Below, piece by piece: positions 18,412 to 27,934 of a DNA stretch of 34,256 bases. Position numbers and translations under genes: made by a program. The DNA comes from Terrimicrobiaceae bacterium (GTDB taxonomy: Bacteria > Verrucomicrobiota > Verrucomicrobiia > Chthoniobacterales > Terrimicrobiaceae): assembly GCA_044342325.1 (NCBI GenBank), contig JBIIPZ010000033.1, positions 1 through 34,256 of the forward strand, in the 5' to 3' direction. The notes under the pieces are model-generated. The model searched no databases, was not told where the DNA came from, and was given only the letters and a program-made list of their open reading frames with translations. Positions within the stretch are counted from its first letter, which is position 1. Every line of letters starts with the position of its first letter.

Positions 18412-19454
18412 AGGGGCGGCGCTTCGTCAGCTTGGCTGAAGGCGGCAAGCGGTTTGACCGGGGAGGTGTTGAGGGCTTTGACGCGTTCGTGGATGCCGGG
18501 GGCGATTTCGGGTTGGCGGGTGTAGGCCATGGACAGCATTTCCAATTTGGCATCGAGGTTGTCGACCATGTTAAGGGCGATGGCTTCGGGCGTTTTGGGC
18601 TCGACGGGGGATCCGTATTGGAGTTCCCCGTGATGCGAGGCGATGAGGTGGAGGAGGTGCAGGCGCACATCTTCCGAGGCTGGCTTGATGCCGCGCCACG
18701 TCTCAAGCGGCAGCTTTCGCCAAAGGGCGTTGACGGCTTCAATACCGATACTGATGTGCCCGAGAAGCTCGCCTCGCAGCTCGCGAGGAATTTCAAAACC
18801 CGCCTCAGGTGGACACATTTCCCAAAGTTTCCCGCAGTCGTGAAAAAGAACACCGGCGAGCAACAGATCGCGGTTGAGAACAGGATAGGCGCTACAAACG
18901 GCCGAGGCGGAGCGCATCATCTGCCCCGTGTGGCGGAGCAGACCGCCCCGGTGGGCGTGGTGATTGTGCCGCGCGGCGGAGGCGCGCTGGAAGCGGGGGC
19001 CGAATTCCTGGAGAAACAATTCGCACAGACCGTGCAGACGCGGATCCCGCATGGTTTGCACAAGCTCCCGCACATCTGCAAAGTCCTTTTCCAACGCAGC
19101 AGTCTCCTCCTCGCCACCGACGAAAAGTTCCGCCCTTTCTTGGGGATCCAGCACCCGCATCTTCCAGCGTCGGGCATCGAGGCCGAAACTGCCATTGACT
19201 GCAAATTCCCCCTCGACCTCCACGCACTCGCCACGCGCGAGTTCTTGGCAGGCCGCGAAGGCATCCGTGTCCGACCATGCCCGAAGCGTAAGAACATCGC
19301 CGGCATCGCGGACTTTCATTTCCCAATACGGCTTGCCGTTTGAAGATTCTTTTTTGGTCAGTTCATCGACCTGCCCGCGCAGGCGCGCGGCGAGGGAAAT
19401 GCCACGGCACTCGCTGCGGAGTTGGGTGATGGTTTTGCGTCCGGGATCGTTCAT
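18408..19454 (-). CDS. yhaM: OB-fold + HD-domain 3'-5' exoribonuclease (YhaM/Cbf1 family)
   Basis: NGKPYWEMKVRD (OB fold), AARHNHHAHRGGLLRH, LFHDCGK, GELLGHI, HLIASHHG..YGSP..PKTPEA, DNLDAK. Confidence 0.88.
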   Translation of the reverse strand: MNDPGRKTITQLRSECRGISLAARLRGQVDELTKKESSNGKPYWEMKVRDAGDVLTLRAWSDTDAFAACQELARGECVEVEGEFAVNGSFGLDARRWKMRVLDPQERAELFVGGEEETAALEKDFADVRELVQTMRDPRLHGLCELFLQEFGPRFQRASAARHNHHAHRGGLLRHTGQMMRSASAVCSAYPVLNRDLLLAGVLFHDCGKLWEMCPPEAGFEIPRELRGELLGHISIGIEAVNALWRKLPLETWRGIKPASEDVRLHLLHLIASHHGELQYGSPVEPKTPEAIALNMVDNLDAKLEMLSMAYTRQPEIAPGIHERVKALNTSPVKPLAAFSQADEAPPL

Positions 19455-19465
19455 GGTCGTTTTCC

Positions 19466-20551
19466 TCAATTCTGGTCAGGAAGTGCTCCATCCCCCGCGC
19501 GGCAGAGGATGCCGGTGGCTTTATGCTTGGTTTGCGCGGCGTAGGCGGTCTCGACCGCGACACGAACAGACTCTGCGGCACCGATCTCTACCAGCGCAAC
19601 GATGGCGCCGCCGAATCCCCCGCCGGTGAGCCTTGCGCCAAGGCAACCAGGCTGCGCGGTGGCGAGACTCACGAGCAGGTCGAGTTCCAGTGTGCTGTTT
19701 TCAAAATTCTCAATCGAACTGCGGTGCGAAGCCGACATGAGGGGACCGAGCGCTTCGGCGCGACCTGACCGCAGGGCATCGATCGCAAGAAGAACGCGTT
19801 CATTTTCGCCCACCACATGGCGGGCACGGCGCTTCGCCAATTCCGGCATTTCGGCGCCCTCAAGTTGTGAACTGGTGGCGTCACGCAGAGCGGGCACGCC
19901 CATGCATCGGGCGGCCTCAAAGCACTGCTCGCGCCGCTCGTTGTATTCGCCGCCGGTGAGCGCATGCTTCACGCCGGAGTTGATGATGAGAAGGCCGAGG
20001 TGTGATGGAAATGGCACGGCATCCACCGATTCGCTGCGGCAGTCGAGATACACGAGGTGGTCTTTTTTTCCAAAAACGGAGGAGGCCTGATCGAGGAGAC
20101 CGCAGTTCACACCGACGAATTCATTTTCCGCACGGCGGCAGAGCTTCGCGAGGTCCAGACGGGACATTTGAAACGGATAGAGACGCGTGAGAAGAACCGC
20201 CGTTGCCACTTCCAAGGCGGCGGAACTCGAAAGCCCGGCACCGGCCGGCAGGGTGGATTCATAGGATGCCTCAAACCCACCGGCTTCGGCACCCGCACGG
20301 GCAAGCATCTCGGCAACACCCAGCGGATAGTCGATCCACTCACCGGTTTTTTTCAGGCCTGCGGCGCGCTGGATTTTTCCCTCATAACTAACGCCCGAGC
20401 TTGAGAGGCGGATTTCACCATTCTCGAGGCGGCTTCCGGTAGCAGTGATGCCGAGTTGCAGAGCTGCGGAAAGAACGAAGCCACCATTATAATCTGTATG
20501 GTTTCCGAGAATCTCAACACGGCCGGGAGCGAAGGCTGTCACTTGGGTCAT
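19466..20551 (-). CDS. galK: Galactokinase-family GHMP sugar kinase
   Basis: APGRVEILGNHTDYNGG, PAGAGLSSSAA, CGLLDQ, GARLTGGGFGG. Start set at MTQVTAF (20551). Confidence 0.88.
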   Translation of the reverse strand: MTQVTAFAPGRVEILGNHTDYNGGFVLSAALQLGITATGSRLENGEIRLSSSGVSYEGKIQRAAGLKKTGEWIDYPLGVAEMLARAGAEAGGFEASYESTLPAGAGLSSSAALEVATAVLLTRLYPFQMSRLDLAKLCRRAENEFVGVNCGLLDQASSVFGKKDHLVYLDCRSESVDAVPFPSHLGLLIINSGVKHALTGGEYNERREQCFEAARCMGVPALRDATSSQLEGAEMPELAKRRARHVVGENERVLLAIDALRSGRAEALGPLMSASHRSSIENFENSTLELDLLVSLATAQPGCLGARLTGGGFGGAIVALVEIGAAESVRVAVETAYAAQTKHKATGILCRAGDGALPDQN

Positions 20552-20632
20552 AGACCCCGCATGATCAACGCCGGATAGGCACTTGCCAAGGGGCAATTCC
20601 ATGGCAGGATGAAGCTGAAGGAGTCCACTACC

Positions 20633-21001
20633 ATGTCAGAAACACTTGATAACAACATCGTGAGCAAAAAACTCGAAAGCAGCAGCGAACACGCGAAAAA
20701 AGCCATCGACGCAGCGACCGAAGCCGGCCGCAATGTGGGTGACACCGCGAAAAAGCAGGCGAAAGCCGCCTACGAAACCGGCCGCGAACATCTCGGCGCC
20801 GCAGCCAAAGACCTCGGCGAAGCCGCCAGCGCGACCTATGACAATGTCCGCGACCGCGCCAACTCGATCTACTCAGACGCCTACGACCGCGCCCACGACT
20901 ACCAAGCCGAGACAGAGAATTACATTCGCGAGAATCCGCTTCAGGCAGTCGCCATTGCCGCAGGCGTGGGCTTCGTGCTCGGAGTGCTCCTCCGCCGCTA
21001 A
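20633..21001 (+). CDS. DUF883 / YqjD-ElaB family tail-anchored protein
   Basis: C-terminal YIRENPLQAVAIAAGVGFVLGVLLRR; AAGGAG Shine-Dalgarno before ATG 20633. Confidence 0.9.
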   Translation: MSETLDNNIVSKKLESSSEHAKKAIDAATEAGRNVGDTAKKQAKAAYETGREHLGAAAKDLGEAASATYDNVRDRANSIYSDAYDRAHDYQAETENYIRENPLQAVAIAAGVGFVLGVLLRR

Positions 21002-21007
21002 AACGCT

Positions 21008-21412
21008 TTGGACACCAAAGCCACGGTTGCAGCTCCGAGGGGCCTGATGGCGGAGTTGCTGAGCCTCGTGGGCTCGCTCGGCCGCTACGCGCAGGCCATG
21101 GGAGCACTTGCTGGCGAAGAATCGCGGGAAGCCGCCGCTCTGGGGGTCAGGTTGCTTGTGATGCTTCTGGCGGCGTTGTTTTTCGCAGCCTTCGGTTACA
21201 TCCTCCTCATCTTTGCCGTGGCATTCTTTGCCGCATTTGTGCTGGGCGTTTCCTGGCTTTGGATCTTGGCAGGCTTCACCGCGATGCACGCTCTACTGGC
21301 CTACATTTGCGCCCGCCATGTGAAAGTTCACAGCCGCACGCCAATTTTTGAGGAAACCCGCCGCGAGGTGGCCCGCGATTTGGAATCCCTCCGCAAAAGC
21401 TCCGCGCCATGA
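21008..21412 (+). CDS. YqjE-like two-TM protein (phage holin 3.6 superfamily)
   Basis: Two TM helices and a FEETRREVARD tail, directly after the DUF883 gene. Confidence 0.8.
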   Translation: MDTKATVAAPRGLMAELLSLVGSLGRYAQAMGALAGEESREAAALGVRLLVMLLAALFFAAFGYILLIFAVAFFAAFVLGVSWLWILAGFTAMHALLAYICARHVKVHSRTPIFEETRREVARDLESLRKSSAP

Positions 21413-21789
21413 CCAGCAAACAGGAAATCCTCGAAGAACTCCGCCGCAGCCGCGTGGCGATTGCGCGTGACACTGCCTCCATTGCTGAGGAACTCAACCT
21501 CGTTTCAAAAATCCGGCGCTCCGTGAAGACCCGTCCACTTGCCTGGCTGGGCAGTGCCGCCGCGCTTGGCTACATTCTCGCAGGTCCGAAGACGCGCAAG
21601 GCCCCAAAAAACATTTCTGTCAAAAAAGGGGCGAAGTCCGAAAATTCGGAACCCGCCCGCACTGAACGGCAGGGCTTTTTCAGCATTCTTTTCAACCTGG
21701 CGAAGTTCCTCTTTCCCCTTCTCCGCCCGGCCCTCTCGGCCTACGCCGCGCAACGCCTGAGCGAACTCTCTTCGCGAATCCCCCGCTGA
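21409..21789 (+). CDS. Hypothetical protein (YqjK-like position)
   Basis: ATGA overlap; pattern KQEIL...SR...[13 protein letters not shown]; third gene of the trio. Confidence 0.7.
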   Translation: MTSKQEILEELRRSRVAIARDTASIAEELNLVSKIRRSVKTRPLAWLGSAAALGYILAGPKTRKAPKNISVKKGAKSENSEPARTERQGFFSILFNLAKFLFPLLRPALSAYAAQRLSELSSRIPR

Positions 21790-21797
21790 TTTTTTCT

Positions 21798-22919
21798 ATG
21801 CTCGATCCACGCTGTGACCAACTGGCCGATGTCTTGACGCGGCATTCCACCAAACTCCAACCCGGCGAAAATGTGCTCATCGACATTTTCGACGCGCCCG
21901 AGGAGATCGCCATCGCACTCATCCGCGCCACCCGCGCCTGTGGAGCCGTGCCGTTCGTGCAGAACCACCACGCGCGCATCAGCCGAGAAATGGCCCTCGG
22001 TGCCGAAGTCGAGCAACTCGAGGTGACCCGCTCAGTCGAACTCGCCCGCATGAAAAAAATGCAGGCCTACATCGCCGTGCGAGGCAGCCACAACATCACC
22101 GAAATGTCCGATGTGCCGGATGAAAAAATGCGTCTCATTTCCGGCGCCATGCGCCCTGTCATGGACTGGCGCATCAACAAGACTAAGTGGGTTGTCCTCC
22201 GCTGGCCAACAGCCGCCATGGCCCAGCAGGCGCAGATGAGCACGCCGGCGTTCGAGGATTTTTACTTCAAAGTCTGCACGCTCGACTACGGCCGCATGGC
22301 TCCCGGCATGGCAGCACTCAAGGAACTCATGGACCGCACCGACAAGGTTCACCTCAAGGGTCCCGGCACCGACCTACGATTCTCGATCAAAAACATCGGC
22401 TCCATCACCTGCGGCGGCGACCGCAACATCCCCGACGGCGAGGTTTTTTCCTGCCCCGTGAAGAAGAGCGTCGAGGGCCATGTGACCTTCAATGTCCCGA
22501 GCATTTATCAGGGCCACGCCTTTGACAATGTGCGCTTGGAGTTCTCCGAAGGCCGCGTGGAAAACGCCACCGCGAACAACACCGCCGCCCTCAACCGCAT
22601 TCTCGATAGCGACGCCGGCGCTCGCTACATCGGCGAGTTCGCGCTCGGATTCAATCCGCACATCCTCCACCCGATGCGCGATATCCTCTTCGACGAAAAA
22701 ATTTCCGGCTCCTTCCACTTCACGCCCGGCCAAGCTTACAAAACTGCGGGAAACGGCAACACCAGCCGCATCCACTGGGACATGGTCTGCATCCAACGCC
22801 CCGACTACGGCGGCGGCGAGGTGTGGTTCGACGGCAAACTCATCCGCAAAGACGGCCTCTTCACCCTTCCAGCACTCAAAAAACTCAACCCCGATTATTT
22901 GCTGGGATCGAAACATTAA
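21798..22919 (+). CDS. Aminopeptidase, peptidase M29 (AmpS family)
   Basis: MLDPR...[50 protein letters not shown]. Confidence 0.94.
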   Translation: MLDPRCDQLADVLTRHSTKLQPGENVLIDIFDAPEEIAIALIRATRACGAVPFVQNHHARISREMALGAEVEQLEVTRSVELARMKKMQAYIAVRGSHNITEMSDVPDEKMRLISGAMRPVMDWRINKTKWVVLRWPTAAMAQQAQMSTPAFEDFYFKVCTLDYGRMAPGMAALKELMDRTDKVHLKGPGTDLRFSIKNIGSITCGGDRNIPDGEVFSCPVKKSVEGHVTFNVPSIYQGHAFDNVRLEFSEGRVENATANNTAALNRILDSDAGARYIGEFALGFNPHILHPMRDILFDEKISGSFHFTPGQAYKTAGNGNTSRIHWDMVCIQRPDYGGGEVWFDGKLIRKDGLFTLPALKKLNPDYLLGSKH

Positions 22920-22985
22920 TTCGAGCCGCATGGATTTTCGGTTGATACCCCCATCCCCCGTCCGATAGGCTGCCAATCTTTCCTT

Positions 22986-23192
22986 ATGGAACAATCCATC
23001 GCCCTGCGCGAACTCCAAGTCGAACGCAAGCACATCATCATCGAGCTTCGCGAGAATGACCGCGGCCGCTTCCTCAAAATCACCGAGGAAGCCCACGGGC
23101 GCAGGAACTCCGTTATTATTCCCAGCACCGGCCTCGACGAGTTCGAAGCCTGCCTCGACGAAGTCCTCACCGAGGGCGAGGAAACGGAATAA
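22986..23192 (+). CDS. PUR-domain ssDNA/RNA-binding protein
   Basis: [27 protein letters not shown]...[13 protein letters not shown] matches a single PUR repeat. Confidence 0.85.
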   Translation: MEQSIALRELQVERKHIIIELRENDRGRFLKITEEAHGRRNSVIIPSTGLDEFEACLDEVLTEGEETE

Positions 23193-23208
23193 AAAAACTC
23201 GTCGATCC

Positions 23209-24276
23209 ATGAACATCCTTGTCACCGGGGGCTGCGGATTTATCGGCAGCAACTTCATCCGCCAGCGTCTCACCGAGGCAGCCTCGCCGCTCAGCAAGCT
23301 CGTCAATCTCGACCTCCTCACCTACGCCGGCAACCCCGCTAACTTGGCCGACCTCGCCTCCGACCCGCGCTATGTTTTTCAAAAAGGCGATATCGGCGAT
23401 GAGGCGCTTGTCGCCCGTTTGCTGGGGGAGCATGACATCGACGCCATCGTGAATTTCGCGGCCGAGTCGCATGTGGACCGCTCGATCGACTCCCCCGAGC
23501 CGTTCATCCAGACAAATGTCACCGGCACACTGCGCCTCCTGAATGCCGCCCGTCGCCACTGGAGCCAACTGCCCGAGGGACGCCGCGAAAAGTTCCGCTT
23601 TCTGCATGTCTCGACAGACGAAGTTTACGGCACACTTGCCCCGCACGACCCGGCATTTTCCGAGACCACGCCCTTCGCGCCAAACAGCCCCTACGCCGCC
23701 TCCAAGGCCGCCAGCGACCACCTCGTTCGGGCATTCCAGCACACTTACGGCCTCCCCACCCTCACGACGAACTGCTCCAACAACTACGGCCCCTACCATT
23801 TTCCCGAGAAGCTCATCCCCCTCATCATCCTGAACGCCCTCGATGGCAAGCCGCTCCCCGTCTATGGCGATGGACAGCAGATTCGCGACTGGCTTTATGT
23901 CGAAGACCACGCCGCCGCCATCTGGCTCGTCCTGCAGCGCGGCCGCACGGGCGAAACCTACAATGTCGGAGGCCTGAACGAACGCGCGAACCTCGATGTG
24001 GTGAAAACCCTCTGCGCCCTCCTCGATGCGAAATCCCCCCGCCCCGACGGCGCCTCCTACACAGCACAGATCACCTACGTCGCCGACCGCCCCGGCCACG
24101 ACCGCCGCTATGCGATCGACTGCTCAAAACTCCGATCCGAACTCGGCTGGGCACCCCGCGAATCCTTCGAAACCGGCCTCGCCAAAACCGTGGACTGGTA
24201 TTTGAAAAACCGCTTCTGGACCGACGACATCACCCAAAACCGCTACAACCGCGAACGCCTCGGCGCCGCCAAGTAG
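23209..24276 (+). CDS. rfbB: dTDP-glucose 4,6-dehydratase
   Basis: [65 protein letters not shown]. Confidence 0.97.
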   Translation: MNILVTGGCGFIGSNFIRQRLTEAASPLSKLVNLDLLTYAGNPANLADLASDPRYVFQKGDIGDEALVARLLGEHDIDAIVNFAAESHVDRSIDSPEPFIQTNVTGTLRLLNAARRHWSQLPEGRREKFRFLHVSTDEVYGTLAPHDPAFSETTPFAPNSPYAASKAASDHLVRAFQHTYGLPTLTTNCSNNYGPYHFPEKLIPLIILNALDGKPLPVYGDGQQIRDWLYVEDHAAAIWLVLQRGRTGETYNVGGLNERANLDVVKTLCALLDAKSPRPDGASYTAQITYVADRPGHDRRYAIDCSKLRSELGWAPRESFETGLAKTVDWYLKNRFWTDDITQNRYNRERLGAAK

Positions 24277-24290
24277 TTGGTTTATTTTGC

Positions 24291-24463
24291 GCCGCTACAG
24301 GCCCCGCGCGTCAGCGCGCCAATCCTTGGAGGGGCGACCTCCGGCTTGACCCAAATATCCCCTCGGACAGCACCGAACCACGCTCAGACAGCACCCCAAC
24401 CTTAGTCTACCCTCCAAAAAATGATTCTGTCCCTCCCCGGCAGTCATAGACAGCCGCTACAGG
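24291..24463. repeat. Intergenic cluster of degenerate REP-like elements
   Basis: GCCGCTACAGG at 24291 and 24453 (also at 18404); CGGCAGTCATAGACAGCCGCTAC at 24438-24460; a GGAGGG...CCCTCC inverted pair lies between them. Confidence 0.6.
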
Positions 24464-24556
24464 ACCCGCACGGCAGCAGCCTGTTCGTGAAACATCCGAA
24501 CGCTTGCGCTGTCTTCGCTGGTAAAGACGCCTCTCTGCGATAGAAACAACTCCACC

Positions 24557-25546
24557 ATGAAAAATCGTCCCTTCGGCAAACACGAACTCCACTGCTCGGA
24601 AATCGGCTTTGGCGCTTGGGCCATCGGCGGCAGCTGGGGGGCACAGGCAGACATCGACTCCATCGCAGCCATGAACCGCGCGCTCGACCTCGGATGCAAT
24701 TTCATCGACACCGCCGCCGGCTACGGAAACGGACGCAGCGAAAAACTCATAGCCCAAGTCCTCCGCGAACGCGCTGCCGCAGGGAAAACAGACAAGGTCT
24801 TCGTCGCCACCAAAACCCCGCCCAGCTCGGGAATCTGGCCGCCATCTCCCTATTGCAAGGCCGAGGAACGCTACTCAGAGGCTTATCTACGGGAAAACAT
24901 CGCCCAGCGCTGCGCCAACCTTGGCACGGAGCGGATCGACCTTTTGCAACTCCACACCTGGACGCGCGCCTGGAACCGCAATCCCACCCCGTTCAAGCTC
25001 CTTCGCGACATGCAGCGCGAGGGCAAGATCGGTCTTATCGGCGTTTCTACGCCCGAGCACGACCAGAATAGCGTGATCGATTTGATGCGCGGCGGATGGA
25101 TCGACTCCGTGCAGGTCATCTACAACTTTTTCGAACAAGAACCCGCCGCCGAGTTGCTCGATGTGGCGAAGGAAAACGGCGTGGGCGTCATTGTGAGGGT
25201 GGCGTTCGACGAAGGCGTTCTGACCGGCAAATTCACGGCCGACACCCAGTTCCCATCCGATGACTTCCGCAGTTCCTATTTCGCAGGCGACCGCTTGGGC
25301 CGCGCCGTCCAACGCGCCGAGGCGATCCGCGAGGATATTTCAAGCACCGGCCTCTCGATGGCACAGGCGGCGCTCAAGTTCGTGCTCGCCCACCCCGCCG
25401 TCTCAACGGTCATCCCCGGCATCCGCAACACCGCACAAGCCGAGTCAAACTGCGCCGCAAGCGACCTGCCCGACCTCGCCCCCGACCTCCTGAAAAAACT
25501 CCGCCGCCACAACTGGCGCCGAGGATTCTGGTATGGCGGCAAATAG
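24557..25546 (+). CDS. Aldo/keto reductase
   Basis: SEIGFGAWAIGG, IDTAAGYGNGRSE, VATK, IDLLQLH, QVIYN, VSTVIPG. Confidence 0.95.
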   Translation: MKNRPFGKHELHCSEIGFGAWAIGGSWGAQADIDSIAAMNRALDLGCNFIDTAAGYGNGRSEKLIAQVLRERAAAGKTDKVFVATKTPPSSGIWPPSPYCKAEERYSEAYLRENIAQRCANLGTERIDLLQLHTWTRAWNRNPTPFKLLRDMQREGKIGLIGVSTPEHDQNSVIDLMRGGWIDSVQVIYNFFEQEPAAELLDVAKENGVGVIVRVAFDEGVLTGKFTADTQFPSDDFRSSYFAGDRLGRAVQRAEAIREDISSTGLSMAQAALKFVLAHPAVSTVIPGIRNTAQAESNCAASDLPDLAPDLLKKLRRHNWRRGFWYGGK

Positions 25547-25600
25547 ACCCGAAGCAGCTCCTAACTAACAATTTTATAATTTTGCCGAAAGAATTTTATT

Positions 25601-25736
25601 TAACCACAGAGCAAGGACACAGAGAGCACTGAGGGACATTTTAAGCAAAAACAAAATTCTCCACGCCTTTCCGCGTCTTTCGACAAACTGCATAACCTCA
25701 TTTTCTACTCCGTGCTCTCCGTGTCCTCTGTGGTTA
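25601..25736. repeat. Imperfect long inverted repeat with ~9-nt periodicity (AACCACAGAG family)
   Basis: TAACCACAGA(gcaa)GGACACAGAGAGCACTGAG ... CTCCGTGCTCTCCGTGTCCTCTGTGGTTA. Confidence 0.75.
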
Positions 25737-25769
25737 GTTTACCGGCAACCGCGCAGCGCCCGTGGTGCG

Positions 25770-25805
25770 CTTAAAACTTAATTCTTAATCCTTAAAACTT
25801 AAAAC
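25770..25805. repeat. Heptamer tandem repeat (CTTAAAA)n, copy 1
   Basis: cttaaaa cttaatt cttaatc cttaaaa cttaaaa c. Confidence 0.8.
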
Positions 25806-25814
25806 CGCCACCCC

Positions 25815-26660
25815 ATGTCTCTACTCGGAAAAATCAACAACCTCACCGTCCTCAAGGACTCCAGCCCCGGTCTATTCCTCGATGGGGGCGAACTCGGCGA
25901 AATCCTCCTGCCGGGGGATGCCATTCCGAAAGGGGCCGGTCCCGGCGATGTGCTGGAGGTTTTCATCTATCGCGATTCCGAGGACCGACTCGTCGCGACC
26001 ACGCTCAAGCCGCTCGCTACGGTGGGCGATTTCGCCGCGTTGAAGGTCACGGAAGTCCACCCGCGCATGGGAGCATTCCTCGACTGGGGACTTCGAAAAG
26101 ATCTGCTTCTTCCGAATGCCGAGCAGGGGCGTCGCGTGCAAGTCGGCGACACAGTAGTCGTGTATGTTTTTATCGACCACCAGACCGAGCGCATCATCGC
26201 CACCACTCGGCTGGAAGGGCACATCGACCACACGCCGCCGCCATACAAAACAGGCTACGAAGTCTCCCTCCTCATCGCCAGCGAGACGCCCCTCGGCTAC
26301 AACGCCATCATCAACAACACCCGTCTCGGCCTTCTCTACCGCAGCGAACTCGCCACACCACTCGAAATCGGCCAGCGCTGCGAAGGCTTCGTGCGCGCCA
26401 TCCGCCCCGACGGCAAGATTGACCTCGGCCTTGACCCGCAAGGCTATCAACGCGTGGCTCCGCTCGCCGACCGCATCCTCGCCGCCCTCCGCTCAAACCA
26501 AGGCAGCCTGCCCTACAGCGATTCCAGCTCGCCCGAAGAAATCCGCGCCGCCTTCCAGACCAGCAAAAAGGCCTTTAAACAAGCCCTCGGAAACCTCTAC
26601 CGCCAACGCCTCGTCGAACTCCATGAGTCCGGCATTCGGTTGAAGTCGAAAAATGTTTGA
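25815..26660 (+). CDS. CvfB/YitL-family S1-domain RNA-binding protein
   Basis: LGKINNL, EILLP, FIYRDSEDRLVATT, GAFLDWGL.KDLLLP, DSSSPEEI...F..SKKAFKQALGNLY. Confidence 0.92.
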   Translation: MSLLGKINNLTVLKDSSPGLFLDGGELGEILLPGDAIPKGAGPGDVLEVFIYRDSEDRLVATTLKPLATVGDFAALKVTEVHPRMGAFLDWGLRKDLLLPNAEQGRRVQVGDTVVVYVFIDHQTERIIATTRLEGHIDHTPPPYKTGYEVSLLIASETPLGYNAIINNTRLGLLYRSELATPLEIGQRCEGFVRAIRPDGKIDLGLDPQGYQRVAPLADRILAALRSNQGSLPYSDSSSPEEIRAAFQTSKKAFKQALGNLYRQRLVELHESGIRLKSKNV

Positions 26661-26691
26661 AATTGAAAGCAAGCCCGCGCGGCAGCGCGAA

Positions 26692-26720
26692 CTTAAAACT
26701 TAATCCTTAAAACTTAAAAC
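26692..26720. repeat. Heptamer tandem repeat (CTTAAAA)n, copy 2
   Basis: cttaaaa cttaatc cttaaaa cttaaaa c, in the same orientation as copy 1. Confidence 0.8.
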
Positions 26721-26728
26721 TCCTACCC

Positions 26729-27139
26729 TCACCCCACCCAATCGAAGCGCATCTCTTGAGTCACCTCCGGATGCAGGCTCAGGTGGACTGGGCAACTACG
26801 CGCCGCATTTTCCAAAAGCGTGCGCTGAGGATGCTCCGCGCTAAGCGGAATCGTAAAAACTACCGTTAGCTTGGCAATGCGCCGGGGCGGCTGCGGCGTC
26901 ATTTCTTTCAGCACCTTCACCGTTGTTTTGCCCAGATCAATTCCATGCCGACGCGCGGCAATACCCATAATGGTGAGCATGCAGGCCCCGAGGGAAGTCG
27001 CTGCAAGATCAGTGGGCGAAAACGACTCGCCACGACCCTCATTGTCCACCGGCGCATCCGTGGTGATTACTGTTCCAGACGGCTCATGACGCGCCTCGCA
27101 GCGCAAATTTCCCAAATACTGAATCGAAATTTCAACCAT
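26729..27139 (-). CDS. OsmC family protein
   Basis: TDAPVDNEGRGESFSPTDLAATSLGACMLT...AARSCPVHLSL, with both family cysteines. Confidence 0.93.
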   Translation of the reverse strand: MVEISIQYLGNLRCEARHEPSGTVITTDAPVDNEGRGESFSPTDLAATSLGACMLTIMGIAARRHGIDLGKTTVKVLKEMTPQPPRRIAKLTVVFTIPLSAEHPQRTLLENAARSCPVHLSLHPEVTQEMRFDWVG

Positions 27140-27145
27140 GAACAC

Positions 27146-27175
27146 AGTCTAAACAAACGCCCTCACCCATTGCAA
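27146..27175 (-). promoter_or_regulatory. Putative leaderless osmC promoter
   Basis: TTGCAA-18 nt-TAGACT-6 nt-ATG. Confidence 0.6.
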
Positions 27176-27253
27176 AGCCCGCTTTTCAAGACGACGCCTT
27201 GGCATCCATCTTTCACACACCCTTGGATCAACAGCGAACCGGTCACTTCGTTA

Positions 27254-27556
27254 TCAAGCGACTTCCAGAAGAACTTCAGGATGCCGGGTCGCGATCTGAA
27301 GAAGGCGTAGAGCCGAACCGGAGGGTCGCCGCCGACCATACTCCCAGCTCATCACACTCGCAGGTCGGACGCCGAGGAAGGCCGCGAAAACGGCTTGGCT
27401 AAGATTGAGGCTCTTGCGCAAGTCCGCGATCTGACTGGCATCAAGCGATTCTGGTCTTGGGATGCTCGCGCGTCGCAAGGTGGCTTTGCGGGAGTCCTGC
27501 AGAGCCTCTGCAAATTGACTGGCCGAACCGACCAAGTGCCCGCCATCGAAAGGCAT
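27254..27556 (-). CDS. HigA-like Xre HTH antitoxin
   Basis: IADLRKSLNLSQAVFAAFLGV....VMSWEYGRRRPSGSALRLL; GAGGA precedes ATG 27556. Confidence 0.88.
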   Translation of the reverse strand: MPFDGGHLVGSASQFAEALQDSRKATLRRASIPRPESLDASQIADLRKSLNLSQAVFAAFLGVRPASVMSWEYGRRRPSGSALRLLQIATRHPEVLLEVA

Positions 27557-27560
27557 GTCC

Positions 27561-27893
27561 TCAAGCGCCTCCAGAATTTCGGATTTGGTGCGCAATTTTC
27601 CGGAGCGTGTTTTGCTCTGCTTGGGTGAGAGATGTTTTGGAACTTTTGCCATAGATTGCAACAAGGTAGATTTCGCCACTTTCTGGATTGTGAAGGTAAA
27701 TCACACGCGCACCGCCGCTCTTACCGATTCCGGCACTGGGAAACGCCATGCGGGCCTTCCGAAAGCCTCCACATCCGCGCATGACAGCCCCTTGCAAGGG
27801 TTCGCTCGCGAGATCGATTTGGAAAGCTCGATAGTCTTCATCTGGAAACCGGGTGATCTGTTTTGTGAACTCAGAAGATTCTATAAACTCCAT
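27561..27893 (-). CDS. HigB/RelE toxin (toxin-first order)
   Basis: MEFIESSEFTK...GCGGFRKAR...GKSGGARVIY...IYLVAIYGKSSKTSLT. Confidence 0.9.
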   Translation of the reverse strand: MEFIESSEFTKQITRFPDEDYRAFQIDLASEPLQGAVMRGCGGFRKARMAFPSAGIGKSGGARVIYLHNPESGEIYLVAIYGKSSKTSLTQAEQNTLRKIAHQIRNSGGA

Positions 27894-27934
27894 ATGACTA
27901 TGTCGTATATTTTTCAATGAATATTTAGCCCTGC

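Noticed and set aside
21008..21412. Prophage suggested by a holin-superfamily protein
   Set aside because: Part of the cellular yqjDEK-like trio; no phage genes nearby.
23056..23208. N-terminal extension of rfbB in the ORF track
   Set aside because: It overlaps the PUR gene; RfbB homology begins at MNILVTGG (23209).
27557..27679. Extended higA start, and extended higB start at 28031
   Set aside because: They overlap the toxin gene and the osmC remnant respectively; internal ATGs give typical lengths.
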